64,000 bases of DNA from Candidatus Vogelbacteria bacterium RIFOXYD1_FULL_44_32 (GCA_001823065.1 MHTJ01000002.1:53532-117531); one strand, 5' to 3'; shown: positions 27,148-35,331, counted from the first letter of the stretch. Numbers and translations: made by a program. Notes: generated by a model from the letters alone, not told the origin.

Positions 27148-27813
27148 TTATCTAAGTACATTTTCTATCCAAGCATTAATCCTTCGGGCAAGATACACTC
27201 CAAATCTCTTGTCCCCATTACTCACTATACTAAGATGAGCTGTTCCAAAAGGCAACTTTCCTTTATTGAACTTTTTTTTATCCTTTCTTTGGTCAATTTG
27301 TATTTTTTGAAAATAATCTTTTTTAATTCCAAGCTCTTTTGACCAAAAATTAATCGCATCTACCACTTTATTGTCTGGATAGAGATGTAATCTAACCCTA
27401 AAATTAGAAATTGACAAGCCACATATTTCTTTAAACCATCTTACTGCTAATTTTATAATTTTTGGATCGGAATTAATAATCCTAACAGAATCATTTGTTT
27501 TTGCCCCCTCACCTAGATAAAGTCCAATACCCAACATAAATAAATCCCTTTTATTTAATACCCCAACATCTCTAATCGCCTCCTTTTTAGCAGCACTAAT
27601 AGATTCCAACTTTATTCTACGTTTAGCAAAATTTGAAGCCAGTCTCGCTTTTCCAATTTTATCTATGGTGTATTTATTAGGAGTATATGGAACATCCGAA
27701 AGCCAATAACTCAAAGTTCCCTTGGAAATATTCATTTTTTCATAAATATATCCATATGAGTATCCTTTCTTTCTCAATAAGACAGCTTCACTTTTGATTG
27801 ATTTCGAAATCAC
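27148..27813 (-). CDS. HTH-domain protein with a possible degenerate LAGLIDADG-like motif (LGIGLYLGEG), putative free-standing homing-endonuclease-like protein
   Basis: N-terminal HTH (KKGYSYGYIYEKMNISKGTLSYWL); central LGIGLYLGEGAKTND; starts 5 bp from the tRNA-Gly 5' end. Confidence 0.45.
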   Translation of the reverse strand: MISKSIKSEAVLLRKKGYSYGYIYEKMNISKGTLSYWLSDVPYTPNKYTIDKIGKARLASNFAKRRIKLESISAAKKEAIRDVGVLNKRDLFMLGIGLYLGEGAKTNDSVRIINSDPKIIKLAVRWFKEICGLSISNFRVRLHLYPDNKVVDAINFWSKELGIKKDYFQKIQIDQRKDKKKFNKGKLPFGTAHLSIVSNGDKRFGVYLARRINAWIENVLR

Positions 27814-27927
27814 ATATTAATCATAGCATATATGATATCACAGTTCAATTAAATTATCTTGACCACTTCAACCAAAGAAAAAGTGCCGGTTTATGGCCGG
27901 CACTTGGGAAACCACTATTTGAATTTT

Positions 27928-28341
27928 CTATCTCAATTGATGCGCCCCGAATATATTATGAGGCCCATATATATCATATTGATATACACATTTCAATTTC
28001 ACATTACCAGTCACCATATCACAATTAAATGTTCGAAATACCAACCCAGTATTAGCCGCCGCGACGAGCCACTCTCTTGGAGCCACAACATACACCACCT
28101 TAGACTCTTGAATAAAAACCTCAAGTTTCTTCAGAAAGTCATCAACGGTATCTGCCCAAAAGTTTTTATGGTGCTCAATATCTACTTCACCATCCAACCT
28201 GGCAATTACCAGCTTTTGCTCGGCGCTGAGATCGTGGCGTGAAAGCCATTTGACCTTCGGACCACATAATATTGTGGACCCTTGGTATCTGATTTTGGTT
28301 ATCTTAATTTCATCGGCAACCACAAAAACATCGCTACTCAT
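27928..28341 (-). CDS. hypothetical protein
   Basis: 137-aa ORF with no recognisable motif. Confidence 0.5.
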   Translation of the reverse strand: MSSDVFVVADEIKITKIRYQGSTILCGPKVKWLSRHDLSAEQKLVIARLDGEVDIEHHKNFWADTVDDFLKKLEVFIQESKVVYVVAPREWLVAAANTGLVFRTFNCDMVTGNVKLKCVYQYDIYGPHNIFGAHQLR

Positions 28342-28450
28342 TTATCATTACTCCTTGGGTGTTGGGTTTAGCGCGTTTACTAAACCATAAAAAGAACTTG
28401 GCTAGAAAAGAGTCTAGCAAATAATTCGTAAAAGTCAAAATCTACTTTGT

Positions 28451-28864
28451 TTAAACCGAGATTAGTCCGATAGTGGCAATAAGTATTATCACCGCCGACA
28501 AGGTAGGAATAATACACCAAGTGCAATTGTGTTTGAGAACGTGCAGTTGAATGTAAATAAGATACAGGGCATAAACACCCGCCAAAAGAGCAATAAGTAA
28601 AATTAAAATATTGAGGTAAAAACCACCACCGATAATTATATCAAGCAGGGTCAATAACGTCAGACTAGAAAAGTAAGCCAAGCCAATTTGGTCATTGGGT
28701 ATTCCCCACCACGAGCTGTGGCTACTGGAAATTATCCAGTCACAGTCAGAAGAAATGACGCACTCGATAGCTTGGCCATGTTTACGATGACGATAAACAT
28801 AATATGACGCCACCCAGCCAATAACCGTAACGACTAAAATTACTAACAAAAAAAGAATGGGCAT
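28451..28864 (-). CDS. vitamin K epoxide reductase (VKOR) family membrane protein
   Basis: Four TM helices, loop cysteine pair ECVISSDCDW, CxxC in TM4 (NCTWC). Confidence 0.65.
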   Translation of the reverse strand: MPILFLLVILVVTVIGWVASYYVYRHRKHGQAIECVISSDCDWIISSSHSSWWGIPNDQIGLAYFSSLTLLTLLDIIIGGGFYLNILILLIALLAGVYALYLIYIQLHVLKHNCTWCIIPTLSAVIILIATIGLISV

Positions 28865-28995
28865 CAGTCAATCATACCACGTTGTAAAATATGGTCTATA
28901 TTGCCAGTTGACTCTCCCCACTAAACCACTACAATGAAATTAGCGTAATCTTGGTCTCCCCCATCCCCCAACCTACCCGAAAGGAGGTGAGGTAA

Positions 28996-29286
28996 ATGAA
29001 CATTTCGACGCCAATTGATTTTGCGATTGTGCAAGAAGCAAAAAAGTTGGCCGGAGATTGGCCCCTGGAAGTCTCGCGCCAAGAAGAACTGGGAAATTTG
29101 ATACTCATCTTCACTTTTCCCCCAAACTTCACCAACTTCCAAGGCCAGTCATTGACCGTGGTGATTGAAGGAAACAAACCCCCTTCCTTTCATCCCACCA
29201 AATATTTTGAGCGGATCGCACACAACTTGACCCACAAATTTCACGGGCAGGACAAAACCAAAAAGCACGGCAACGGAAGGAGATAG
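28996..29286 (+). CDS. hypothetical protein
   Basis: Strong SD aaaggaggtgaggtaaATG; upstream TTGACT, 16-nt spacer, TACAAT promoter. Confidence 0.55.
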   Translation: MNISTPIDFAIVQEAKKLAGDWPLEVSRQEELGNLILIFTFPPNFTNFQGQSLTVVIEGNKPPSFHPTKYFERIAHNLTHKFHGQDKTKKHGNGRR

Positions 29287-29368
29287 TCCAATGACCAGGG
29301 GGATCCCAACCAAAAACTCGGTCGGTGTCGCATACGCCACTGCCACACCGCCGAGTTTTTACTTTTGT

Positions 29369-29408
29369 CCCAAACAAAAACCGCTCTTACGAGCGGTTTT
29401 TGTTTGGG
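29369..29408. terminator. bidirectional terminator
   Basis: cccaaacaaaaaccgctc-ttac-gagcggtttttgtttggg, an 18-bp stem. Confidence 0.75.
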
Positions 29409-29425
29409 AAAATCTTTAAAAAAGA

Positions 29426-29692
29426 TTAACGGCGAGGACGCTCTTCCATTGGACGAGCTTCGTTGACAGTCAAGTTGCGACCGCCAAAGTCTTTGCCATT
29501 CCACATTTCGATCGCTTTTTCAGCGTCGGAATCACTTTCGAATTCAACGAAACCAAAACCCTTTGAGCGGCCGGTCATCCGATCCATAATTATGGTTGCA
29601 GATGACACAACGCCAGCTTGTGAAAAAGTCTCTTTGAGTTCGTTGTCGGTAGTCGAGTAAGGTAGACCACCAACATACAATTTCTTAGCCAT
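29426..29692 (-). CDS. RNA-binding protein (RRM domain)
   Basis: RNP-2 LYVGGL and RNP-1 KGFGFVEF motifs. Confidence 0.85.
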   Translation of the reverse strand: MAKKLYVGGLPYSTTDNELKETFSQAGVVSSATIIMDRMTGRSKGFGFVEFESDSDAEKAIEMWNGKDFGGRNLTVNEARPMEERPRR

Positions 29693-29874
29693 GTGTGAAT
29701 ACTAGATTCTAATAACCGGCGAAGTAACGACCTCTCATACTGGTCTCTCTTTTGCTGTTTGTATCGCACACATGGAGAGAATACATTTTGAGGAAACTAC
29801 GCACACTGCCAGTATAGCAAAAATATAAAGAAAAGTCAATTAAAATGAGCGAGGTTTTCCTCGCTCATAGCAAA

Positions 29875-30393
29875 CTACGGCCGAGGTGGCGCCAAGGCAA
29901 GCGAAAGAGACTTGTTTTTAAACCTCTTATCACTTGTTACGTCGACCGCCAGCTTTGCCCAATCTGGCAGGGTAAAGTTATGAGCTTCCTCCTCTGTTTT
30001 GAACTCGCACTCAAGCACCACTAGTCCCGCCAAATAGCCAGTGTACTCGTCGAGCTCTAGCACAAGCTGACCAAATTTGAAAAAATACCGGTTCTTGTTG
30101 ACGGTCCTCCCCACAGCCAGCGGCCGAAGACTGTCGTAAATAACCCTCGGTAGTTCTACTTCAGTCTCTTGCCGAACCAGGCCCTCGCCTTTTTTGACAG
30201 TCAAAAAGTACTTCCGACCAGACCGACGAACCCGCGTCTCCCCCTCTTCTGCAGGTAGGTATGCCTGCTCGATAAAAAGGCACGGAACTTGGTTGTGGTC
30301 GACATAAACCACAAGTGGCGGCATTGTTGGCAACCAAAACTTCCGTTCAATTTCATAGCCGATAGGGTTACTCATCTCTCCCTCCCTTGTCAA
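29875..30393 (-). CDS. CYTH-domain protein (CyaB / thiamine-triphosphatase-like)
   Basis: EIERKF signature near the N-terminus; 172 aa. Confidence 0.8.
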   Translation of the reverse strand: MTREGEMSNPIGYEIERKFWLPTMPPLVVYVDHNQVPCLFIEQAYLPAEEGETRVRRSGRKYFLTVKKGEGLVRQETEVELPRVIYDSLRPLAVGRTVNKNRYFFKFGQLVLELDEYTGYLAGLVVLECEFKTEEEAHNFTLPDWAKLAVDVTSDKRFKNKSLSLALAPPRP

Positions 30394-30400
30394 AGACCCT

Positions 30401-30452
30401 CCGATTTCGCCGTTTTCGGCTCGTCAGCCCAAGCACCCACTTGGGGATCGGG
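30401..30452 (-). ncRNA. hammerhead ribozyme, type III topology (candidate)
   Basis: Minus-strand RNA cccgaUC^CCCAAG-UGGGUG-CUUGGG-CUGACGA-GCCG-AAAA-CGGC-GAAA-UCGG. All core nucleotides C3 U4 G5 A6 N7 G8 A9, G12 A13 A14, A15.1:U16.1, C17 and G10.1:C11.1 are present, with a 6-bp capped stem I, a 4-bp capped stem II and an open stem III. Confidence 0.6.
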
Positions 30453-30485
30453 AGCAGTTTAGTGACTTGCTCAGGTCATCTGCGC

Positions 30486-30596
30486 CTAGGCAGGGGTTCC
30501 TCCTTTCTCGCGAGCCATCGCCTCTTTAATATCCTTCTCGAGGCGCTCGAGGTAGCGGTCCACGTCTTCAGAGGTGCAGTCTTGCTTGCTGTTCAT
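30486..30596 (-). CDS. small ORF (36 aa, MNSKQDCTSEDVDRYLERLEKDIKEAMAREKGGTPA) upstream of the ribozyme
   Basis: ATG is preceded by AGAGGA at -8; ends 33 nt before the hammerhead core. Too short for the ORF track. Confidence 0.3.
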   Translation of the reverse strand: MNSKQDCTSEDVDRYLERLEKDIKEAMAREKGGTPA

Positions 30597-30765
30597 TTTA
30601 TTTCCTCTAGTTAAGGTCCAAGTTACTATCAAGATTCTGCCACTGTTTAAGTAAAGTGTCCTATATTATGACAATTTATATTTTTATATTTAAAAAAACC
30701 TTATTTATAGCCATTTTATACATATATTTGTTGACTTTTTTATCGACAATAGTATTATTTACGAA

Positions 30766-31515
30766 ATGATTATTGAAGATTACCTCCAAAAAATTGGCCT
30801 GACCGAAAAAGAAGCCAAACTCTATATTGCCGGTCTGCAAAATGGCCCCTCCACCATCCAAGAATTAGCCAATGAGTCGGGTTTAAAGAGAACAACAATT
30901 TACGAAATTGTAGACAGCCTAAAAGAGAAAAAACTAATCAATACCAGTCTACGCGAAAAGAAAAAGATTTTTATTATGGAAGAACCAGAAAACGTTGGTC
31001 TTTTTCTCAGACAACGCGAAAACATTTTTAACAAGATTTTGCCCGAGCTTGAAGCTTTGAAAAATATGGATACCAAAAAGCCAATGGCTCGCATTTATGA
31101 AGGTCGGGATGGTCTGGAAAAAATATATGAGGATATGATAAAAAAACCCGGCACAATCTTGGTCCTCGCAGCGCCCAAAGACCTCATCCTCCCTGGTCTT
31201 CTTGATTATCTAAAAAACGACTGGGAATTTCGGCGAATTAAAAACGGTATTGATATGCGCCGAGTAAATATAAATCTGACCGGCAACAAGCATATGGATT
31301 ATAAGATAAAACCAAATCCCGAAGAGTGTGAGAATATTAAATATCTACCGATAGACAACTACCCCTTTACCGTCGGTATTTATATTTATCGTAAAAAAGT
31401 TGCCTTCGTCTCATATCAGCACGAAGAAATGTTTGGCACTATTCTACGCAGTCCTGCCATCTGCCTCACTATGAAAGCTCTATTTGAAAACTTTTGGCAA
31501 ATGGATCGATCATAG
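30766..31515 (+). CDS. TrmB-family transcriptional regulator
   Basis: N-terminal winged HTH (LGLTEKEAKLYIAGLQNGPSTIQELANESGLKRTTIYEIVDSLKEKKLI). Confidence 0.75.
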   Translation: MIIEDYLQKIGLTEKEAKLYIAGLQNGPSTIQELANESGLKRTTIYEIVDSLKEKKLINTSLREKKKIFIMEEPENVGLFLRQRENIFNKILPELEALKNMDTKKPMARIYEGRDGLEKIYEDMIKKPGTILVLAAPKDLILPGLLDYLKNDWEFRRIKNGIDMRRVNINLTGNKHMDYKIKPNPEECENIKYLPIDNYPFTVGIYIYRKKVAFVSYQHEEMFGTILRSPAICLTMKALFENFWQMDRS

Positions 31516-31566
31516 CCTTTCATATAAAAACCGCCACTTCGAAAAATATCGAAGTGGCGGGTATTT

Positions 31567-32538
31567 CTATTTCCCCACGACCGACTGGTAGTAGCGAAAA
31601 TAGTCCATGGCCCGCGCGGTGTTGTGCTCTCTGGACGAACAATACTTCTCCGCATCCCAAGCGAAGTAAGATTGGTGGTAGGCGTCGGTCACATATCGAG
31701 CACATAGCTCAAGGGTAATAAGGGCGACCGCCTCGCGAATTTCGTCCCGCGTATAGGGCGGACGATATTCCGACCGGTAAGCCTCTACCACTTCCTCAAA
31801 CAATCGCGTGTCAAAGACAAAACCATCGCGTCGACACCAGCTCCGCAAGGAATCCCCTAGGTCAAGCAAGACACTGCCTCGCATTAAAGTGTCAAAATCA
31901 ACCAACGCCACCGCCCGTTGTCCGACAAACAAAAAGTTGTCAAACTTGGGATCGCCATGGATTAGCTGGCGGTCATTGGTTCTAGCGACAAGATGAAGCG
32001 AGGCACCGGCTTTGATCTTTTCGGCCAACTCGGCCAAATCGCCAGCAATACGATGAGTGGTGACCAACTCATACATCCGGCCAACAATCCCGGCCGTATC
32101 ATGAAAGCCGGTCAGGGTAAAGCAAGGTTCATAGCGACAATCAGCCATCAAGCGATGAAACCGCCCCATCATCATCGCCGCCGAAGACAAGGTGGCATAA
32201 TTCTTCTCCACCGCCTCATCGTGTTTAATATAACGAGTCGCTCGCCAATGATAGCCACCTAGAGTGAGAGACAAAGCGCCACTAGGAGCTATCATAGGCT
32301 CAGGCACCACGAAACCGCGGGCCGACAACCAACCAAAAAGAAACAGGCTATCAACCGTCACTCGCTCATCAAAAATATTGGCGAGCTTCTGGATAATGAC
32401 CGTCCCTTTTTCGGTCTCCACTTCGTAAGTCTTGTTGACGAACCCTCGGCCATTTATCACTTGCGACCGCACCTCGCCCAGCTTAAAAAAAGCCAGCACT
32501 TCGGCCAAGGTATTTTCCAAGGTCAAATTGTCATTCAT
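31567..32538 (-). CDS. phosphotransferase enzyme family (APH/ChoK-like kinase fold) protein
   Basis: LIHGDPKFDNFLF...LVDFD catalytic loop and DFD motif. Confidence 0.75.
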   Translation of the reverse strand: MNDNLTLENTLAEVLAFFKLGEVRSQVINGRGFVNKTYEVETEKGTVIIQKLANIFDERVTVDSLFLFGWLSARGFVVPEPMIAPSGALSLTLGGYHWRATRYIKHDEAVEKNYATLSSAAMMMGRFHRLMADCRYEPCFTLTGFHDTAGIVGRMYELVTTHRIAGDLAELAEKIKAGASLHLVARTNDRQLIHGDPKFDNFLFVGQRAVALVDFDTLMRGSVLLDLGDSLRSWCRRDGFVFDTRLFEEVVEAYRSEYRPPYTRDEIREAVALITLELCARYVTDAYHQSYFAWDAEKYCSSREHNTARAMDYFRYYQSVVGK

Positions 32539-32683
32539 CTGGTGTCCTCCAATGTTAAGACCAGTTCTACCTAATACAACTGAGTTTTTACTATATTTGT
32601 CCCTTTCTCTGGCTCGTGCTAGAAAGATAGGGCCAGATGCAACAAATGGACGACCTCGGTAGTTATATAAGAAAAGACTAAAT

Positions 32684-33253
32684 ATGTTTGACTTTACCCC
32701 CTACCAAAATCTAAGCGACGAGGAACTGCTAAAGCTATCCCTAAAGCATCCTAGTCTTTTTAATGTTTTGCTTAACCGCTACCAAGACAAGCTGTACCGG
32801 CGCGCTTTTTCGCTTTTACAAGAAGACGAGGAAGCCAAAGACGCCGTTCAAGAAACTTTTGTCAGTATTTACCTTCACGCTGGGCAGTTTCAAGCCAAAT
32901 CAACCGCTTCTTTTTCATCTTGGGCCTATGCCATAACAACCAACAAATGTTTTACTATCTACAAAAAAAAGCGTAATCAAAAGAACCGCACCGTTCCCCT
33001 ATCAACCGAGCTAGAAGCTTTACTCGCCAGCAAAGATGAAATGAGGGAACACAACCTCAAAGACTTGGCTTGCCACCTACTATCAATTATTCCCAAACCA
33101 ATGAGAAGAGTATTAACTCTCGTTAACGACGGCTATTCCTACGAAGAAATTGCCCTGCAAGAGAAAGTTTCTCCCTCAAGCATCCGCAGCCGCGTGCACC
33201 GAGCCCGCAAGATTTTAAACGATGTGGCTAAAGATTTAAAAGTATATATGTAA
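32684..33253 (+). CDS. RNA polymerase sigma-70 family factor (ECF-like)
   Basis: Region 2 (LYRRAFSLL...) and region 4 HTH (YSYEEIALQEKVSPSSIRSRVHRARKIL). Confidence 0.8.
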   Translation: MFDFTPYQNLSDEELLKLSLKHPSLFNVLLNRYQDKLYRRAFSLLQEDEEAKDAVQETFVSIYLHAGQFQAKSTASFSSWAYAITTNKCFTIYKKKRNQKNRTVPLSTELEALLASKDEMREHNLKDLACHLLSIIPKPMRRVLTLVNDGYSYEEIALQEKVSPSSIRSRVHRARKILNDVAKDLKVYM

Positions 33254-33260
33254 AATTATT

Positions 33261-33596
33261 ATGACTACCAACATTAAACTATCAAAAAAAATAATGCGCC
33301 GGATTTATGTTTTACATACCGCTCGTCTTTTATTGTCACCTATAGCAATAAAAATTTATGCCGTATTAATTTTCAGTAGTCTAATTAGCACCAAGGTTTC
33401 TATTTACGACGTGGTCGCTAATATGACCAATATTCATAGTGCTTATGATTTTTTAAATTTTTGGTTGTCCGCTTTAACCAATACCGAGACGATAATTCAA
33501 CTTGGGACAATAATTATAGCAACCACCTTCGTGTTTATATGTCGTGATATTTATCACAATTTACAACAACCAAATTTAGCTTTCCAAAAAAATTAG
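33261..33596 (+). CDS. membrane protein, putative anti-sigma factor
   Basis: Immediately downstream of the sigma factor; three predicted TM helices. Confidence 0.45.
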   Translation: MTTNIKLSKKIMRRIYVLHTARLLLSPIAIKIYAVLIFSSLISTKVSIYDVVANMTNIHSAYDFLNFWLSALTNTETIIQLGTIIIATTFVFICRDIYHNLQQPNLAFQKN

Positions 33597-33804
33597 ACCT
33601 CGACGCTTGGCACCGAGAATCGGTCACGAGTTACTAACTAAATTCATCACTACGTTCTTCATTTATATTTATTAAGTACTCTTGACCCCGCCTCGGCTGT
33701 CTCGCTACACTCGACATGCCTGCGGCCTTCGATTCCGGCCACAAGCCAAGTCCTAAAGCCGTCCGGCTCGAAGTAGGCCAGTTGACTTGCTCACACCTCC
33801 ATTC

Positions 33805-33820
33805 TGTCGGGGCGCCGAGA
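33805..33820. repeat. 16-bp direct repeat of the tRNA-Pro 3' end (tgtcggggcgccgaga); the second copy at 33950-33965 lies inside the tRNA
   Basis: Exact 16-nt match, 145 bp apart. Confidence 0.7.
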
Positions 33821-33829
33821 CGCTTCGCT

Positions 33830-33883
33830 ATCTCACACCTCGGAAACCCACGGTTTTCCGACGGGCTTCGCCCTGCCTTCCTC
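33830..33883. repeat. 54-bp repeat B copy 1 (atctcacacctcggaaacccacggttttccgacgggcttcgccctgccttcctc); copy 2 at 35019-35072
   Basis: 51/54 identical. Contains two small hairpins (ggaaaac-ccacg-gttttcc and gggc-ttc-gccc). Confidence 0.7.
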
Positions 33884-33951
33884 TGCGGAGAACTCCCGTT
33901 CCCCGACCCCCTCCCGTCCGATTCTTGGCTTCCTCAATTTACTTCGTAATG

Positions 33952-34022
33952 TCGGGGCGCCGAGAATCGAACTCGGACCGCTCGGTCCCAAACCGAGTAC
34001 ACTACCACTATGCTACGCCCCG
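33952..34022 (-). tRNA. tRNA-Pro(UGG)
   Basis: CGGGGCGTAGCATAGTGGTAGTGTACTCGGTTTGGGACCGAGCGGTCCGAGTTCGATTCTCGGCGCCCCGA; C1:G72 pair; anticodon loop TTTGGGA; the D-stem has G:U pairs. Confidence 0.8.
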
Positions 34023-34122
34023 CTGCCGTGGCCATAGCCACTCCAGCGTGGCAAAGGCCCGTTTCCAACTCCCCTATCCTAACAAAAAAACTAATCACTG
34101 TCATCATTTAGAAACTAGCTAG

Positions 34123-34506
34123 TCAAGAAATATCCTCGATGTATTCAATTTTAAGTAATTTTTGATTTTTATCCAGATATACTGCCACCGCATCTAATTG
34201 CCAATCCAGCTCTTCATATTGTTCATTGTTTAGTAAAAATGTCTCGATTGTCCGGTACAACCGCTTTAGCTTCCACGGGTGAATATTATCCTCTGGTTCA
34301 TAAGTGTCCCCTGTTTCATGTAAAACACCTGCCCTAGTAACTGTTTTTACCTCAACAAAGTGTACCACCTCCCCTTTTTGGGTAATAATATCAATTTCAC
34401 CCCATGGTTTACGATAATTGCGAGCAATAATAGCAAAACCCTTGGTTTTTAGGTGCTTTACCGCTAGATCCTCCCCTATTTGACCAACCTTATGTTTGAG
34501 TAACAT
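34123..34506 (-). CDS. YraN/UPF0102 family PD-(D/E)xK endonuclease
   Basis: GEIDIITQKGEVVHFVEVKT signature; 127 aa. Confidence 0.8.
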   Translation of the reverse strand: MLLKHKVGQIGEDLAVKHLKTKGFAIIARNYRKPWGEIDIITQKGEVVHFVEVKTVTRAGVLHETGDTYEPEDNIHPWKLKRLYRTIETFLLNNEQYEELDWQLDAVAVYLDKNQKLLKIEYIEDIS

Positions 34507-34577
34507 TTTATTAAATTACAATAGTTCGAAGGCCAAATATAACAAAATTCTAGCAAATTTGACTCAAACACCCAAAA

Positions 34578-34706
34578 TTGTTTCCCGTGAAATGCTTTTT
34601 ATGTTTTTTAAGTCTAAAACCCTATAATTACCTCTCCTTTCATAACTACCCATTTCACGGGAAACACCCCCTACCTAACGTTACTTAAGTAACGTTAGGT
34701 AGGGGG
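34578..34706. promoter_or_regulatory. structured non-coding element: 15-bp inverted repeat gtttcccgtgaaat (34580-34594 and 34651-34665 inverted; third direct copy at 34933-34946) immediately followed by a 40-bp perfect palindrome (34667-34706)
   Basis: ccccctacctaacgttac ttaa gtaacgttaggtaggggg, 18-bp arms with no T-tract after; gccatttatt direct repeats at 34778-34830. Confidence 0.5.
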
Positions 34707-34969
34707 AAGAGATAGTTTTTAAGGATTAAAGCCATTTTTAGCCAAAAACCCTTTATTTAGGCCATTTATTCGGACATACTTATATTTATAGCCATTTATT
34801 TGGGACTGAAAAGGTCGTCTTTTATCCCCACCGTCCCCAACTTTATCCCCGTTTTTGACCAAAAATGGCCTAAAATATAACAATTTATGAGACCAGGTAT
34901 TGACTGGCCTTGTCTGTCGTTTTACTAAATCTGTTTCCCGTGAAATAGGGGATTGATCGAACTTAATTT

Positions 34970-35003
34970 GTGCGGATAGGGAGAATCGGTCAGGAATAAT
35001 TTC
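34970..35003. repeat. 34-bp repeat A copy 2
   Basis: gtgcggatagggagaatcggtcaggaataatttc, 33/34 identical to 26874-26907. Confidence 0.7.
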
Positions 35004-35018
35004 AAAGAGCAAGGAGAG

Positions 35019-35072
35019 ATCTCACTCCTCGAAAACCCACGGTTTTCCGACGGGCTTCGCCCTGCCTTCCTC
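35019..35072. repeat. 54-bp repeat B copy 2
   Basis: See copy 1 at 33830-33883. Confidence 0.7.
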
Positions 35073-35175
35073 CACGGAAACCTACCGGTTTCCGACCCTT
35101 CCCCGTTCTATTCTCCTTGCCCGCACGCCAAACAAAAACGCACCCCAAGGTGCGTTTTTGTTTGGCCAAATTCTG

Positions 35176-35246
35176 TGCGGGCAAGGAGAATCGAACTCCT
35201 GTCTCGTCCTTGGCAAGGACGTGTTCTACCACTAAACCATGCCCGC
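35176..35246 (-). tRNA. tRNA-Gly(GCC)
   Basis: GCGGGCATGGTTTAGTGGTAGAACACGTCCTTGCCAAGGACGAGACAGGAGTTCGATTCTCCTTGCCCGCA, a good cloverleaf. Followed by a gccaaacaaaaacgcacc-ccaa-ggtgcgtttttgtttggc terminator hairpin and an inverted copy of its own 3' end (35108-35123). Confidence 0.85.
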
Positions 35247-35331
35247 AAACAGTTTCAAGTATATATTGATTTCAAATTATAGTAAATATTCCCTTGGTTT
35301 TTAGCTTATAACATTGTATTGTTAAGCTATT

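Noticed and set aside
33716-34122. Plus-strand ORFs 33716-33949 and 33787-34122
   Set aside because: They overlap tRNA-Pro and the repeat-rich non-coding region. The Pro/Arg-rich translations are typical of spurious GC-rich frames.
26874-35003. Interpretation of the 8.1-kb interval as an intact prophage or ICE
   Set aside because: There is no integrase adjacent to the tRNA, and no capsid, terminase, relaxase or replication genes. Repeat orientation does not fit a simple attL/attR pair around the intact tRNA. It is reported only as a possible island or relic.
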